Shown in pieces: positions 39,655 to 50,587 of a stretch of DNA of 64,000 bases. Source of the stretch: Rhodanobacteraceae bacterium (GTDB lineage Bacteria; Pseudomonadota; Gammaproteobacteria; Xanthomonadales; Rhodanobacteraceae); contig JBOHYR010000066.1 of the NCBI GenBank assembly GCA_050737995.1, forward strand, positions 41,864 through 105,863, given 5' to 3'. A program made the position numbers and the translations under genes. The notes below the pieces were generated by a model, which was not told where the DNA came from, did not search any database, and saw only the letters and a program-made list of their open reading frames with translations. Within the stretch, counting starts at the first letter, position 1. Each line of letters opens with the position of its first letter.

Positions 39655-40377
39655 ATGGGCAGAGGTCCCTCCATCGCCGGCCGCAAGAACGCGCAGGATG
39701 CCAAGCGTGGCCAGATATTCACCAAGCTGGTGCGCGAGATCACCGTGGCCGCGCGCATCGGTGGTGGCGACCCGGATGGCAATCCACGCCTGCGCAGCGC
39801 GATCGACAAGGCGCTGGCGGCGTCGATGCCCAAGGACAACATCGATCGCGCGATCAAGAAGGCGACAGGCGAACTGGCAGGCGTTACCTACGAGGAACTG
39901 CGCTTCGAGGGTTATGCGACCGGCGGTGTCGCGGTGCTGGTCGAGTGCCTGACCGACAATCGCCAGCGCACCATTTCCGACGTGCGTCACGCTTTCACGA
40001 AATTCGGCGGAAACCTCGGCACCGACGGTTCGGTTGCCTACCTGTTCAACAAAATCGGCGTGTTGTCCTACGAAAAGAGCGTGGATGAAGAGAAACTCAC
40101 TGACGCCGCGATCATGGCTGGGGCCGAGGACATCAAGGTGTGGCCCGAGGACGGCCAGATCGACGTGATCACCGCGCCCGAAACGTTCGAGGCCGTGCGC
40201 GACGCGATGGCCGCCACAGGGCTGAAGCCCGATCATGCCGAAGTGACCATGCGCGCCGAAACCGACGTGCCCATCTCGCCCGATCAGGTCGAGGCGGTGC
40301 AGGGGCTGCTGGCACGACTGGACGAACTGGATGATGTGCAGGCAGTGCATTCCAACGCGGACCTTCCGGCAGGGTGA
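39655..40377 (+). CDS. YebC/PmpR family DNA-binding transcriptional regulator
   Basis: The ATG at 39655 has an SD. N-terminus [21 protein letters not shown]. It lies upstream of ruvC, the conserved position. Confidence 0.9.
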   Translation: MGRGPSIAGRKNAQDAKRGQIFTKLVREITVAARIGGGDPDGNPRLRSAIDKALAASMPKDNIDRAIKKATGELAGVTYEELRFEGYATGGVAVLVECLTDNRQRTISDVRHAFTKFGGNLGTDGSVAYLFNKIGVLSYEKSVDEEKLTDAAIMAGAEDIKVWPEDGQIDVITAPETFEAVRDAMAATGLKPDHAEVTMRAETDVPISPDQVEAVQGLLARLDELDDVQAVHSNADLPAG

Positions 40378-40916
40378 ACGTGGCCGGATCCGCGCCGCTG
40401 CGCATCCTTGGCATCGATCCCGGTAGCCAGCGAACCGGAGTGGGTATCATCGAGGCCGATGCGGCAGGCAAACTCCGTTGCGTGTTTCGCACGACGCTGG
40501 TGGTTGCGGGGGAGGAGACGTTTCCGTTGCGCCTGAAACGGATCTACGACGAGTTGGGGGATATTATCGATCAGCAGATGCCGCACGAGGCGGCGATTGA
40601 GCGCGTGTTCATGGCCAAGAATGCCGATTCTGCGTTGAAGCTGGGACAGGCGCGCGGCGCGGCGATTTGCGCAGTGGTCGGGCACGGGTTGTCCGTCAGC
40701 GAGTATGCGCCAAATGCGGTCAAGCAAGCGGTGGTCGGCAGGGGCCATGCCGGAAAGGAGCAGGTGCAACACATGGTCGGCATTTTGTTGAACGTGCATG
40801 AACCCATACAGGCCGACGCCGCCGACGCGCTCGCGCTCGCGATTACCCATGCGCATCTGCGGGCGAGCGAGGCGCGCACCGGAATTGCTGCCGCGGCGTG
40901 GGGGCGACGCCGGTGA
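40374..40916 (+). CDS. ruvC: Crossover junction endodeoxyribonuclease RuvC
   Basis: [13 protein letters not shown]-terminal catalytic motif. The GTG start overlaps the yebC stop. Confidence 0.93.
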   Translation: MNVAGSAPLRILGIDPGSQRTGVGIIEADAAGKLRCVFRTTLVVAGEETFPLRLKRIYDELGDIIDQQMPHEAAIERVFMAKNADSALKLGQARGAAICAVVGHGLSVSEYAPNAVKQAVVGRGHAGKEQVQHMVGILLNVHEPIQADAADALALAITHAHLRASEARTGIAAAAWGRRR

Positions 40917-41503
40917 TCGGCCGTCTGCGTGGCAAACTGATCGTCAAGCGTCCGCCATGGGTGCTTGTCGAGGTAGGCGGCGTCGGTTATGAGCTGGAAG
41001 TGCCGATGTCCACCCTGTACGACTTGCCGGACGTCGGCAGCGAAGTGTTATTGCTGACGCACTATGCGCACAAGGAGGATACCGTCGCGCTCTACGGTTT
41101 CCTGCGCGACGAGGAGCGCGTCTTGTTCCGCGACCTGCAGAAGGTTTCGGGGATCGGCGCACGAATCGCGCTCGCCGTACTCTCGGGCGTCTCGACATCC
41201 GAGTTCGCGCGGTTGGTGCAGACCGGCGATATCGCGGCGCTCACGCGCGTACCCGGCATCGGAAAGAAGACGGCCGAACGCATCGTGGTCGAGCTGCGCG
41301 ATCGCGTTACGCAGACTGCACCCTCCACGCCGCAGGGAAGCGCGCCGCTGCCGCGTGGTGCGCGCGGAGAAGCCGAGGCCGCATTGCAACAGCTCGGCTA
41401 CAAGCCAGCCGAAGCCGTACGCCTCGCCGCGGCGGCTTCGGCCGATGGTGACGACGCCGAGACGATCATCCGCAAGGCGCTGCGGGCGGCATTGGGGCGG
41501 TGA
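40913..41503 (+). CDS. ruvA: Holliday junction branch migration complex subunit RuvA
   Basis: (V)IGRLRGKL N-terminus and HhH motifs ([22 protein letters not shown]). The GTG at 40913 overlaps the ruvC stop. Confidence 0.93.
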   Translation: MIGRLRGKLIVKRPPWVLVEVGGVGYELEVPMSTLYDLPDVGSEVLLLTHYAHKEDTVALYGFLRDEERVLFRDLQKVSGIGARIALAVLSGVSTSEFARLVQTGDIAALTRVPGIGKKTAERIVVELRDRVTQTAPSTPQGSAPLPRGARGEAEAALQQLGYKPAEAVRLAAAASADGDDAETIIRKALRAALGR

Positions 41504-43404
41504 TGAGTACGACCCCTGCCGAAACCGCCGGCTCCGATTCCGGCAAGAAGGCGATGCGGACGATGGTCGTCGGTGCGATCGGTGTAGTGTTCGGCGATAT
41601 CGGCACCAGCCCGCTGTATACCCTGCAGGAAGCCTTCAGCGGCGAACACGGCATACCACCGCATCCGTTCAACATTCTCGGCGTGCTGTCGCTGGTGGTA
41701 TGGACGCTGGTGATCGTGGTGGCCTTCAAGTACATCACCTTGATCATGCGCGCCGACAACAAGGGCGAAGGCGGCATCATGGCAATGATGGCGTTGGCGC
41801 AGCGCGCCACACGCGACTACCCGCGCACCCGCAAGTTGGTGGCGTTGGCCGCCGTGCTGGGTGCCGCGTTGTTTTTCGGCGATGGCGTGATCACGCCATC
41901 GATCACCACGCTGTCCGCGATCGAGGGCCTCCGCGTTGCCGCACCCGCATTGTCGCATTGGGTTGTCTGGGTTGCGGTGGGCGTGTTGTTGGGCGTGTTC
42001 TGGTTCCAGAAGCACGGCACGGGGCGCGTGGGAAGTGTGTTCGGACCGGTCATGTGCCTGTGGTTCGTGTGCATCGGTCTGGTCGGTCTCTACAACATCG
42101 TGCAGCACCCGTTGGTATTGCGCGCGGTCAATCCGTGGTACGGCGTCAACTTCTTCCTCCACCACGGTGCGGACAGCTTTCTGGTTCTCGGTGCTGTAGT
42201 GCTGTGCGTGACCGGCGCCGAGGCGTTGTATGCGGACATGGGCCACTTCGGACGCAACCCGATCCGGGTCGCTTGGTATGCGTTCGTGATGCCCGGACTT
42301 CTTTTGAACTACTTCGGGCAGGGTGCGTTGTTGCTGCATCATCCTGAAGCGGCCAGCAACCCGTTCTACCTTGCGATCCCGAAGTGGGGTCTGTATCCGA
42401 TGATCGCGCTTGCCACCGCGGCCGCGGTAATCGCTTCGCAGGCGGTGATTTCCGGCACCTTTTCGATCACGCGTCAGGCGATCCAGCTCGGTTTCCTGCC
42501 GCGCATGCCGGTGGTACACACCTCGCACGAGGAAATCGGGCAGATCTATTTGCCGTGGATCAACCGCATCCTGCTGATCATGGTGGTGCTGGTGGTGATC
42601 GGGTTCGGTTCGTCCCTTGCGCTGGCTGGCGCGTACGGGATCGCGGTCACCGGCAGCATGACCATCGACACCACGCTGTTCCTGATCGTGGCGTGGCGGA
42701 TGTGGAAATGGAATCCCGCATTGGTCGCACTGTTGGGGCTTGGCCTGCTGACAGTCGATCTTTCGTTCTTCGGCGCCAACACGCTGAAACTGCTGGACGG
42801 CGGCTGGTTCCCGCTGGTGCTGGCGCTTGCGGTGTTCACGGTCCTGACAACCTGGCGGCGTGGCAGGGAGCTGGTACTGCGCCAACTCAAGCATGGCGGA
42901 CTGGCGCTGGCACCATTCATCGCGAACCTCGCCGAGCATCCGCCGACGCGCGTGGAAGGCACCGCCATTTTCCTGGTCAGCGATCCCGACGCCGTACCAC
43001 ATGCGCTGCTGCACAACCTCAAGCACAACAAGGTGCTGCACAAGCGCAACGTGATCCTGACCGTCGATACGCTGGAAACCCCATACGCCGATCGCGACGA
43101 GCGGATCGAGATCGCCGACCTCGGACATGATTTCCACCGGCTGATCCTGCGCTTCGGCTTCGCCGAGGATCCGGACGTGCCGAAGGCACTGCACGAGTGC
43201 AGCAAGCAGGGACTCGATTTCAAACTGATGGACACGACGTTCTTCCTGTCGCGTGAAACCATCGTCGCCACCGACCGCGCCGGCATGGTCCGGTGGCGGG
43301 ACAAACTGTTCGCGTTCCTCGCCCGCAACGCGCTGCCTGCGACCGCGTTCTTCAGCATTCCCGGCAATCGCCTGATCGAACTGGGTGCGCAGGTCGAGAT
43401 TTAG
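41500..43404 (+). CDS. kup: KUP/HAK/KT family potassium transporter (copy 1)
   Basis: GDIGTSPLY and ADNKGEGG motifs, 12 TM segments plus a cytoplasmic C-terminal domain. The start overlaps the ruvA stop (GTGATG at 41500-41505). Confidence 0.93.
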   Translation: MMSTTPAETAGSDSGKKAMRTMVVGAIGVVFGDIGTSPLYTLQEAFSGEHGIPPHPFNILGVLSLVVWTLVIVVAFKYITLIMRADNKGEGGIMAMMALAQRATRDYPRTRKLVALAAVLGAALFFGDGVITPSITTLSAIEGLRVAAPALSHWVVWVAVGVLLGVFWFQKHGTGRVGSVFGPVMCLWFVCIGLVGLYNIVQHPLVLRAVNPWYGVNFFLHHGADSFLVLGAVVLCVTGAEALYADMGHFGRNPIRVAWYAFVMPGLLLNYFGQGALLLHHPEAASNPFYLAIPKWGLYPMIALATAAAVIASQAVISGTFSITRQAIQLGFLPRMPVVHTSHEEIGQIYLPWINRILLIMVVLVVIGFGSSLALAGAYGIAVTGSMTIDTTLFLIVAWRMWKWNPALVALLGLGLLTVDLSFFGANTLKLLDGGWFPLVLALAVFTVLTTWRRGRELVLRQLKHGGLALAPFIANLAEHPPTRVEGTAIFLVSDPDAVPHALLHNLKHNKVLHKRNVILTVDTLETPYADRDERIEIADLGHDFHRLILRFGFAEDPDVPKALHECSKQGLDFKLMDTTFFLSRETIVATDRAGMVRWRDKLFAFLARNALPATAFFSIPGNRLIELGAQVEI

Positions 43405-43499
43405 CGTCTCGGGCGTACGCGGTGGCGCGCAGATAGAATGGCCGCCCTTCCAGAGTCGCGCTCCGGCAATTGGCCCTTTAAGGTGTGCGTCCAAGACCC

Positions 43500-45395
43500 A
43501 TGACTTCGACCGTCGGTGTGAACGAGCCCCCCTCTGCTCCCTCGCTGCGTGCGCTGACGATCGGCGCGGTCGGCGTAGTGTTCGGCGACATCGGCACCAG
43601 CCCCTTGTACGTACTGCAGGAAGTCTTCAGTAGCCAGTACGGTCTCGGCATCAGCCGCGTGACCGTGTTGGGCGTACTGTCGCTGGTGTTCTGGTCGCTG
43701 ATGCTGGTGGTGACCCTCAAATACGTGATCTTCGTGATGCGTGCTGACAACAAGGGCGAGGGCGGCATCATGGCGTTGCTCGCGCTGGCGCAGCGGAGTG
43801 TGCGCGGGATGCCGAGACTTCGCTGGCTGGTCGTGCTGGCCGCGATTTTCGGCGCCGCGCTGTTCTACGGCGATGGCGTGATCACTCCGGCGATCTCGGT
43901 GCTGTCGGCAGTGGAAGGCGTCAAGGTCGCCGAACCCTCGCTGGCGCGCTTGGTAGTGCCGATCAGCGTCGCGATCCTGCTGCTGTTGTTTTTGCTGCAG
44001 AAATACGGTACCGCGAAGGTCGGCGCGGTGTTCGCGCCAGTGATGTGTGTGTGGTTCGTAGTGATCGCGCTGCTCGGCCTGCATATGATCCTGCGTGGAC
44101 CGCAGATTCTGACCGCGCTGAACCCGTACTACGCAATCCGGTTTTTCAATTCACATGGTATCGCCGCGTTCGTGGCGCTGGGTGGCGTGGTGCTGGCAGT
44201 CACCGGCACCGAGGCCCTGTACGCCGACATGGGACACTTCGGCAAGTCACCGATCCGACGTGCATGGTTGTTCTTCGTGTTTCCGGCGTTGCTGCTGAAT
44301 TACTTCGGCCAAGGTGCGCTGCTGCTGCGCAATCCGCACGCGAGCGGTAATCCGTTTTACCTGCTGGTACCCCGTGCGCTGCTGTTCCCAATGATCGCGC
44401 TGGCCGCGGCGGCTACGGTGATTGCCTCGCAAGCCGTAATTTCGGGCGCGTTCTCGATGACCCGTGAAGCCGTGCAGCTCGGCTATTCGCCAAGGATGCA
44501 GGTGGTGCATACCTCGAGCCGCGTGTCGGGGCAGATCTTCGTACCGGGGATCAACTGGATGCTGTTGGTGCTGGTGTTGCTGGCGGTGGTCGGTTTCCGC
44601 TCTTCCGAAAATCTTGGCGCCGCGTATGGCATCGCGGTGACCGGTACGATGGTCATCACAACCCTGTTGGCGTTGCTGGTGGCATGGCGCATGTGGCACT
44701 GGAAATGGCCGCTTGTGATCGCGCTGGGGATCCCCATGCTGATCATCGATTGTGCATTCTTCAGCGCCAACCTGCTGAAGGTCGAGCACGGGGGCTGGTT
44801 TCCGCTGGTGTTGGGCCTTGCTGTGTTCACGGTGATGACCACCTGGCGCCGGGGCCGCGAACTGGTGCTGCGCCAACTCAAACACGGCGGTCTCGCGCTC
44901 GCGCCGTTTATTGCCAGCATTGCAGAACACCCACCGACCCGCGTGCCCGGCACCGCTGTGTTCATGACCGCCAACCTGAGCGCGGTGCCGCATGCCCTGT
45001 TGCACAGCCTGAAGCACTTCAAGGCGCTGCACGCACGCAATGTGCTGCTTAGCGTCGAAACGCTGGAGACGCCATTCGCCGACCCCAGCGAACGAATCGA
45101 ACTGCATGACCATGGCCATTCCTTCCATACCGCGACGCTGCGTTTTGGCTTCGCCGAGGATCCCGACGTGCCTGCGGCGTTGGCCGAATGTTCCAAACAT
45201 GGCCTCGTGTTCGACATGATGGATACCACGTTCTTCCTGTCCCGCGAGAACGTGGTTGCCACCAAACGTCCCGGCATGGCGCCGTGGCGGGACAAACTGT
45301 TCGCGTTCCTCTCTCGCAACGCCTTGCCCGCCACCGCGTTCTTCCACATCCCCGGCAATCGGCTGGTCGAGCTGGGCACGCAGGTCGAAATCTGA
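43500..45395 (+). CDS. kup: KUP/HAK/KT family potassium transporter (copy 2)
   Basis: Same motifs and length as copy 1, and collinear along the whole protein. Confidence 0.93.
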   Translation: MTSTVGVNEPPSAPSLRALTIGAVGVVFGDIGTSPLYVLQEVFSSQYGLGISRVTVLGVLSLVFWSLMLVVTLKYVIFVMRADNKGEGGIMALLALAQRSVRGMPRLRWLVVLAAIFGAALFYGDGVITPAISVLSAVEGVKVAEPSLARLVVPISVAILLLLFLLQKYGTAKVGAVFAPVMCVWFVVIALLGLHMILRGPQILTALNPYYAIRFFNSHGIAAFVALGGVVLAVTGTEALYADMGHFGKSPIRRAWLFFVFPALLLNYFGQGALLLRNPHASGNPFYLLVPRALLFPMIALAAAATVIASQAVISGAFSMTREAVQLGYSPRMQVVHTSSRVSGQIFVPGINWMLLVLVLLAVVGFRSSENLGAAYGIAVTGTMVITTLLALLVAWRMWHWKWPLVIALGIPMLIIDCAFFSANLLKVEHGGWFPLVLGLAVFTVMTTWRRGRELVLRQLKHGGLALAPFIASIAEHPPTRVPGTAVFMTANLSAVPHALLHSLKHFKALHARNVLLSVETLETPFADPSERIELHDHGHSFHTATLRFGFAEDPDVPAALAECSKHGLVFDMMDTTFFLSRENVVATKRPGMAPWRDKLFAFLSRNALPATAFFHIPGNRLVELGTQVEI

Positions 45396-45585
45396 TTCCG
45401 AGGCCTTCGTGCGATGCCGCGATGTACGAGCCGTTGGCGAAAACATGATATCCTGGCGCGATGGCTTTGGTTACGGTCCGAAAGGGGAATTTGACCCGTT
45501 AGCCCGGGGGCTGGCGAAATGAGGACATCGATGCCGAGGCGCGGCAACGAGCGATTCGCCACGTCACCTCTGCCATAATCGTACG

Positions 45586-46629
45586 ATGAACGCCGATCGC
45601 GTCGTCGACGCCACCGGGACCCGTGACGAGGAAGTGCTGGAAGCCAGCATTCGTCCGCGCTCGCTTGCCGAGTACGTGGGCCAGGCGGCGATGCGCGAGC
45701 AACTTTCGCTGTCGATCGAGGCGGCACGCAAGCGCGGCGACGCGCTGGACCACGTACTCGTATTCGGTCCGCCCGGCCTCGGCAAGACCACGCTCTCGCA
45801 CGTGATCGCCAACGAGCTCGGCGTCAATCTGCGCAGCACATCCGGGCCGGTGCTGGAGCGTGCCGGCGATCTTGCCGCGCTGCTGACCAACCTTCAGCCA
45901 CGCGACGTGCTGTTCATCGACGAAATCCATCGCCTGTCGCCGGTCGTGGAAGAGGTGTTGTATCCCGCGCTCGAGGATTTCCAGATCGACATCATGCTGG
46001 GCGAGGGGCCAGCCGCACGCTCGATCAAGCTGGACCTGCCGCCGTTCACGCTGGTCGGCGCGACCACCCGTGCAGGCATGCTGACCAGCCCCTTGCGCGA
46101 CCGATTCGGGATCGTGCACCGGCTCGAGTTTTACACGGCGGCAGAGTTGGCCGCGATCGTGCGGCGCGCTACGCGGATCCTCGACATCGCTTGTGACGAC
46201 GAAGGCGCCGATGAAATCGCGCGCCGCGCGCGCGGCACGCCCCGCATTGCCAATCGCCTGTTGCGTCGCGTGCGCGACTACGCCGAAGTGCGTGCGGGTG
46301 GGAACATCACCCGCAAGGTGGCGTCGGCGGCTTTGGATATGCTGAAGATCGACGCCGGCGGTTTCGACGATCTCGACCGTCGTCTGCTGCGGCTGGTCGT
46401 GGAGCAATTCGAGGGCGGCCCGGTTGGCGTGGAGTCGCTGGCGGCTGCACTGGCCGAGGATCGCGACACCATCGAGGACGTGCTGGAACCGTACCTGATC
46501 CAGCAGGGCCTGCTGGCGCGCACTGCGCGCGGGCGCATGGCCACGGCCAAAGCCTGGCGGCATTTCGGCCTGAAACCTCCGCACGGGGGCCCCCTTGCAA
46601 TGAACCTGTTTGACGAAAAGGGGTCATAG
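45586..46629 (+). CDS. ruvB: Holliday junction branch migration DNA helicase RuvB
   Basis: Walker [10 protein letters not shown], Walker B LFIDEIH, and full-length RuvB sequence. Confidence 0.97.
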   Translation: MNADRVVDATGTRDEEVLEASIRPRSLAEYVGQAAMREQLSLSIEAARKRGDALDHVLVFGPPGLGKTTLSHVIANELGVNLRSTSGPVLERAGDLAALLTNLQPRDVLFIDEIHRLSPVVEEVLYPALEDFQIDIMLGEGPAARSIKLDLPPFTLVGATTRAGMLTSPLRDRFGIVHRLEFYTAAELAAIVRRATRILDIACDDEGADEIARRARGTPRIANRLLRRVRDYAEVRAGGNITRKVASAALDMLKIDAGGFDDLDRRLLRLVVEQFEGGPVGVESLAAALAEDRDTIEDVLEPYLIQQGLLARTARGRMATAKAWRHFGLKPPHGGPLAMNLFDEKGS

Positions 46630-47070
46630 ATGGCCGAGACGACCAAGGAGGCCGACCCGGCGTTCAGTTGGCGGATAAGGGTCTATTGGGAAGATACCGA
46701 TGCGGGCGGCGTGGTTTACCACGCGGGTTACCTCCGTTTTCTCGAACGCGCGCGCAGCGAATGGATGCGTGCCGTGGGACTGGGACAGGATGCGTTGCGC
46801 CGGTCGCACGGGGTCGTGTTCGTGGTGCGAGAACTCGACATCGCCTATGACCAGCCGGCCAGACTCGACGATGAACTGGATGCGACCGTGCGGGTCATGC
46901 GCCTCCGTGCAGCCAGCATCGATATTGCGCAAGTGGTGCTGCGGGTCGTCGATGGCGTTACGCTGGTACGCGCAAGTGTCCGCGTTGCCTGCGTCGGTGC
47001 ACAGACCTTCACGCCGTGCAGAATCCCTCCTGAAATCGCCGCCCTGATCCAAGGAAACAACCTCGCATGA
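46630..47070 (+). CDS. ybgC: Tol-Pal associated acyl-CoA thioesterase YbgC
   Basis: 4HBT hot-dog fold pattern (VYWEDTDAGGVVYHAGYLRFLERAR). It lies immediately upstream of tolQ. Confidence 0.85.
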   Translation: MAETTKEADPAFSWRIRVYWEDTDAGGVVYHAGYLRFLERARSEWMRAVGLGQDALRRSHGVVFVVRELDIAYDQPARLDDELDATVRVMRLRAASIDIAQVVLRVVDGVTLVRASVRVACVGAQTFTPCRIPPEIAALIQGNNLA

Positions 47071-47786
47071 ACGGTTCCATCAACATCTTCGATCTGGTCC
47101 TGCACGCCAGCCTGCCGGTGCAGTGCGTGCTGGCGATCCTGATCATCTTTTCGTTCTCGTCGTGGGTGATCATCTTCCGCAAGAAGATGATGCTGGACGC
47201 GGCCACCCGCGACGCCGACGGTTTCGAGGAACGCTTTTGGTCGGGCGTGGACCTGGCGGCACTGTTCCGCGAGGTCAGCCATCGCGCCGGCGATGCAGGC
47301 GGGCTTGCGGCCGTGTTCGAATCGGGCTTCCGGGAATTCGTGCGCCAGCGCCAGCGCGGCGGCGGCGAGGACCGGCGCGCGGTGATGGAGGCCTCCGAAC
47401 GCGCGATGCGGGTCGTGGGTACGCGCGAAGTCGAGAAGCTCGAAAGCAACCTCGAATACCTCGCCAACGTCGGTTCGATCAGCACCTACGTCGGGCTGTT
47501 CGGCACGGTATGGGGCATCATGATCGCCTTCCAGGGCCTCGGCAGCCTGAAGCAGGCCACCATCGCCACGGTCGCGCCCGGGATTTCCGAGGCGCTGGTC
47601 GCAACCGCGATGGGCCTGTTCGCCGCGATTCCCGCGGTGTGGGCGTACAACCGTTATTCGACGCGGCTGGAGCGCATGATGGTGCGCTACGACACTTTCC
47701 AGGAAGAGTTCTCATCCGTCCTGCAACGGCAGATGCAGACTGATCAGCCCGCGAAGCCAGGTCAAGCGGAAGCGCGGGCGCGCTGA
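47067..47786 (+). CDS. tolQ: Tol-Pal system protein TolQ
   Basis: MotA/TolQ/ExbB family sequence with three TM helices. It overlaps the ybgC stop. Confidence 0.92.
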   Translation: MNGSINIFDLVLHASLPVQCVLAILIIFSFSSWVIIFRKKMMLDAATRDADGFEERFWSGVDLAALFREVSHRAGDAGGLAAVFESGFREFVRQRQRGGGEDRRAVMEASERAMRVVGTREVEKLESNLEYLANVGSISTYVGLFGTVWGIMIAFQGLGSLKQATIATVAPGISEALVATAMGLFAAIPAVWAYNRYSTRLERMMVRYDTFQEEFSSVLQRQMQTDQPAKPGQAEARAR

Positions 47787-47803
47787 AGGCGGGAGGGAAC
47801 GTC

Positions 47804-48262
47804 ATGGCACTTCCGCACCGAAGTCATCGCCGCCGCCGCAGGATGGCGGAAATCAACATCGTGCCCTACATCGATGTGATGCTGGTGCTGTTGATCATCT
47901 TCATGGTCACCGCGCCGATGTTGAACCTCGGCGCCGACATCCAGTTGCCGCAATCGGCGGCCAAGGCCCTGCAGGACGAGAAACAGCCGGTGGTGGTGTC
48001 GGTCGACGAGCAGGGCGATGTCTTCCTGACTCTAGGCAAGACTCCGCGCGAAAAAGTTGATGACAAAACACTGGTCAAGGACGTGTCCGCGTTCGTCAAG
48101 CAGGATCCAAAAGTGTCGGTATTGCTGGGTGGCGACAAGCGCGTCGATTACGGCCGCGTCAATCAGGTGCTGGGGTTGCTGCAACAGGCCGGTGTCGCCA
48201 AGGTCGGACTGATGAGCCAGCCCGAGACCACCGTCGTTCCCGCGAGCAATGGAAAGCGCTGA
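47804..48262 (+). CDS. tolR: Tol-Pal system protein TolR
   Basis: ExbD/TolR motif EINIVPYIDVMLVLLIIFM. Confidence 0.9.
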   Translation: MALPHRSHRRRRRMAEINIVPYIDVMLVLLIIFMVTAPMLNLGADIQLPQSAAKALQDEKQPVVVSVDEQGDVFLTLGKTPREKVDDKTLVKDVSAFVKQDPKVSVLLGGDKRVDYGRVNQVLGLLQQAGVAKVGLMSQPETTVVPASNGKR

Positions 48263-49175
48263 CGCCACCCCGCGCGCGGTCGTCTATTCCGCGTTATTGC
48301 ACCTCGGTATCGTCGGCTTCCTGGCGTTGGCGATGCTCAACTGCACCCATTGGGAAGACCTGGCCAATCTGTTGCATCTGCCCGAGGCTTTGCGCCCGGT
48401 GACCTGCACGCGCATGGTGCGCTTGGAAGGACCGGTGATCGAGGCAACGTTGGTGGGTCCGGTTGGCGCGCCACCGCCACCGGCCGCCCGCCATGCGCGC
48501 AAGGCCTCGCCACCGCACGAGCAGAAAGCAGAACCCAAGCCGAAACCACCCCCGCCCGCCAACGTGCGGGTGCTGCCGACGCCGGTGCCGCAGCCAAAAT
48601 TGAAGGATCAGGAAAAGATCGCGCAGATCGCCGATCAACAAGCGGCACAGGCAAAACAGGCGCAGCAGCAGGAGCAGAAACAGCGGATGGCCGAACTGAC
48701 CAGACAGAAGGAGGCCGAGCGGATCCTCAAGGAATTGGCCAAGGTCCAAGCCGAGAGCCAGGCCCAGCAGCATCGGGTCAATCTGGAACAACAGAAAGCT
48801 CAGCAACTCGCTGATCTGCGTAAGGCCAATGAAAGCCAGAACGCCGAAAATGTGCCGGTGGCCAAACAGGCGATGACGGGGCAGGCTGGTACCGACAATG
48901 CAGCATACGTGGCGGCATTGCAGAACGCGATCACCCAGAACTGGCTGCGTCCGGACAACATCCCGGTCGGAACGGCATGTCCAGTTGAAATCGTGCAGAT
49001 ACCGGGGGGTCAGGTTATCTCTGCCAAAGTACTGCCGAGTTGTCCGTTCAACGAGGTTGGCAGGCACTCGGTGGAAGCGGCGGTGCTGCGTTCCTCGCCA
49101 TTGCCGTACAAAGGGTTTGAAAAAGAGTTCTCACGCGACATCATTTTCAACTTCAAGGTGACCTCATCACAATGA
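48249..49175 (+). CDS. tolA: Tol-Pal system protein TolA
   Basis: N-terminal TM helix, a long K/A/Q/E-rich helical region, a C-terminal TolA/TonB-like domain, and operon position. Confidence 0.8.
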   Translation: MESADATPRAVVYSALLHLGIVGFLALAMLNCTHWEDLANLLHLPEALRPVTCTRMVRLEGPVIEATLVGPVGAPPPPAARHARKASPPHEQKAEPKPKPPPPANVRVLPTPVPQPKLKDQEKIAQIADQQAAQAKQAQQQEQKQRMAELTRQKEAERILKELAKVQAESQAQQHRVNLEQQKAQQLADLRKANESQNAENVPVAKQAMTGQAGTDNAAYVAALQNAITQNWLRPDNIPVGTACPVEIVQIPGGQVISAKVLPSCPFNEVGRHSVEAAVLRSSPLPYKGFEKEFSRDIIFNFKVTSSQ

Positions 49176-50503
49176 AGGGTGCTCGAATCATGCGAATCAC
49201 CAGAATCCTGCCGATACTGATCCTCGCCTTCGCGTCGCTGTTTTTCGCGGTGCAGGCCGGCGCACAGGGACTTACCGTCCAGATCGTCAATGGCGTGCCT
49301 TCGGCGATCCCGATCACCGTGGTGCCGTTCGGACAGCAGGGTTCGGGGCCGGCCTCGCCCGTCGACATTGCCCAGATCGTCAGCATGGATCTGGACCGCT
49401 GCGGCAAGTTCCGCACATTGCCCACCAGCGAAATCGTCGAGTCGCCAACCACCGGCTCGCAGATCAAGTTCGCGACGTGGCAGCAGTTGAAGCAGGATTA
49501 CATCGTGGTTGGTCGCACGTCCTACGAGGGCGGCGTGCTCAAGGCCGACTTTGAACTGTGGGATGTCAACAAGCAGCAACAGTTGCTGGGGCTGTCGATT
49601 AGCGGACAGGGCAGCGATCTGCGCCGCGTCGCACACCAGATCGCCGACCAGATCTATCAGAAGATCATCGGCGTGCGCGGTGCGTTCGACACCCGTATCG
49701 CCTACGTCACCATGGTCGGGCTGGGCAACAACGCGCAGTATTCGCTGGTGGTTGCCGATTCCGATGGCTACAACCCGCAGACCGTGGTCCGTTCGCACGA
49801 AGCGCTACTGTCGCCGACTTGGTCGCCGGACGGCAAGGAACTCGCGTACGTGTCGTTCGAAAGCGGCGATTCGGCGGTCTACATCCAGAACATCGCCACC
49901 GGCGCGCGCCGCGTGGTATCGGCGCGGCCCGGCATCAACGGTGCGCCGCGCTTTTCACCTGACGGCAAGAAACTCGCGCTCAGCCTGTCGTTCCAAGGCA
50001 ATCCAGAAATCTACGTGATGGATCTCGCCACGGGCGCGCTGACGCGCCTCACCCACAATCTTGCGATCGATACGGAGCCGTCATGGACACCGGATGGGCA
50101 GAACATCATCTTCACCTCCGATCGCTCCGGCAAGCCGCAGTTGTATGAAATCCCCGCTGCCGGCGGGACGCCCCAGCGCGTCACCTTCCAGGGCCAATGG
50201 AACGGCGACGTCGCCGTCAGCTACGATGGCAAGAAGCTGGCCATGGTCCAAGGGAATGGAAACGTGTATCGTATTGCGGTGATGGACCGTTCACTAGGTG
50301 GTCAAGAGATTTTCGTTTCCCCGGGCAATCTGGACGAATCCCCCAGCTGGGCGCCTAATGCCAGCATGCTTCTCTATGCAGCCACCGAAGGCCCTCGCGG
50401 CGTCCTGTACGCGGTGTCGGCCGACGGACGAGTGCGCCAGCGACTCGTGCTGAGCGATGGCGACGTCAGAGAGCCTGCCTGGGGTCCGTACCGGAATCCT
50501 TGA
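49172..50503 (+). CDS. tolB: Tol-Pal system beta-propeller protein TolB
   Basis: Signal peptide and repeated SPDGK / TPDGQ propeller motifs. The ATGA overlaps the tolA stop. Confidence 0.93.
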   Translation: MKGARIMRITRILPILILAFASLFFAVQAGAQGLTVQIVNGVPSAIPITVVPFGQQGSGPASPVDIAQIVSMDLDRCGKFRTLPTSEIVESPTTGSQIKFATWQQLKQDYIVVGRTSYEGGVLKADFELWDVNKQQQLLGLSISGQGSDLRRVAHQIADQIYQKIIGVRGAFDTRIAYVTMVGLGNNAQYSLVVADSDGYNPQTVVRSHEALLSPTWSPDGKELAYVSFESGDSAVYIQNIATGARRVVSARPGINGAPRFSPDGKKLALSLSFQGNPEIYVMDLATGALTRLTHNLAIDTEPSWTPDGQNIIFTSDRSGKPQLYEIPAAGGTPQRVTFQGQWNGDVAVSYDGKKLAMVQGNGNVYRIAVMDRSLGGQEIFVSPGNLDESPSWAPNASMLLYAATEGPRGVLYAVSADGRVRQRLVLSDGDVREPAWGPYRNP

Positions 50504-50587
50504 CGCCATTTTGATTGTCACAATGCTTCAATCTAAGATGTTGTTCCTCAACCACCCACTCACTTGTTCAAAAAGGATGGATTCGCC

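Noticed and set aside
41398-43494. 698-aa ORF on the minus strand
   Set aside because: It is antisense to kup copy 1. It has no recognisable motifs and the same high-GC artefact composition.
43405-43499. Possible riboswitch or leader upstream of kup copy 2, and of other genes such as queC and sdaA
   Set aside because: No recognisable conserved riboswitch core was seen by eye, and the spacers are short.
44247-45727. Two long minus-strand ORFs (399 and 414 aa)
   Set aside because: They are antisense to kup copy 2 and the kup-ruvB spacer, with low-complexity Arg/Pro/Ser-rich translations.
45499-46584. 361-aa ORF on the minus strand
   Set aside because: It is antisense to ruvB.
48480-48860. 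Repetitive K/A/Q/E/P-rich coding stretch
   Set aside because: This is the normal low-complexity helical domain II of TolA, not a repeat element or CRISPR-like array.
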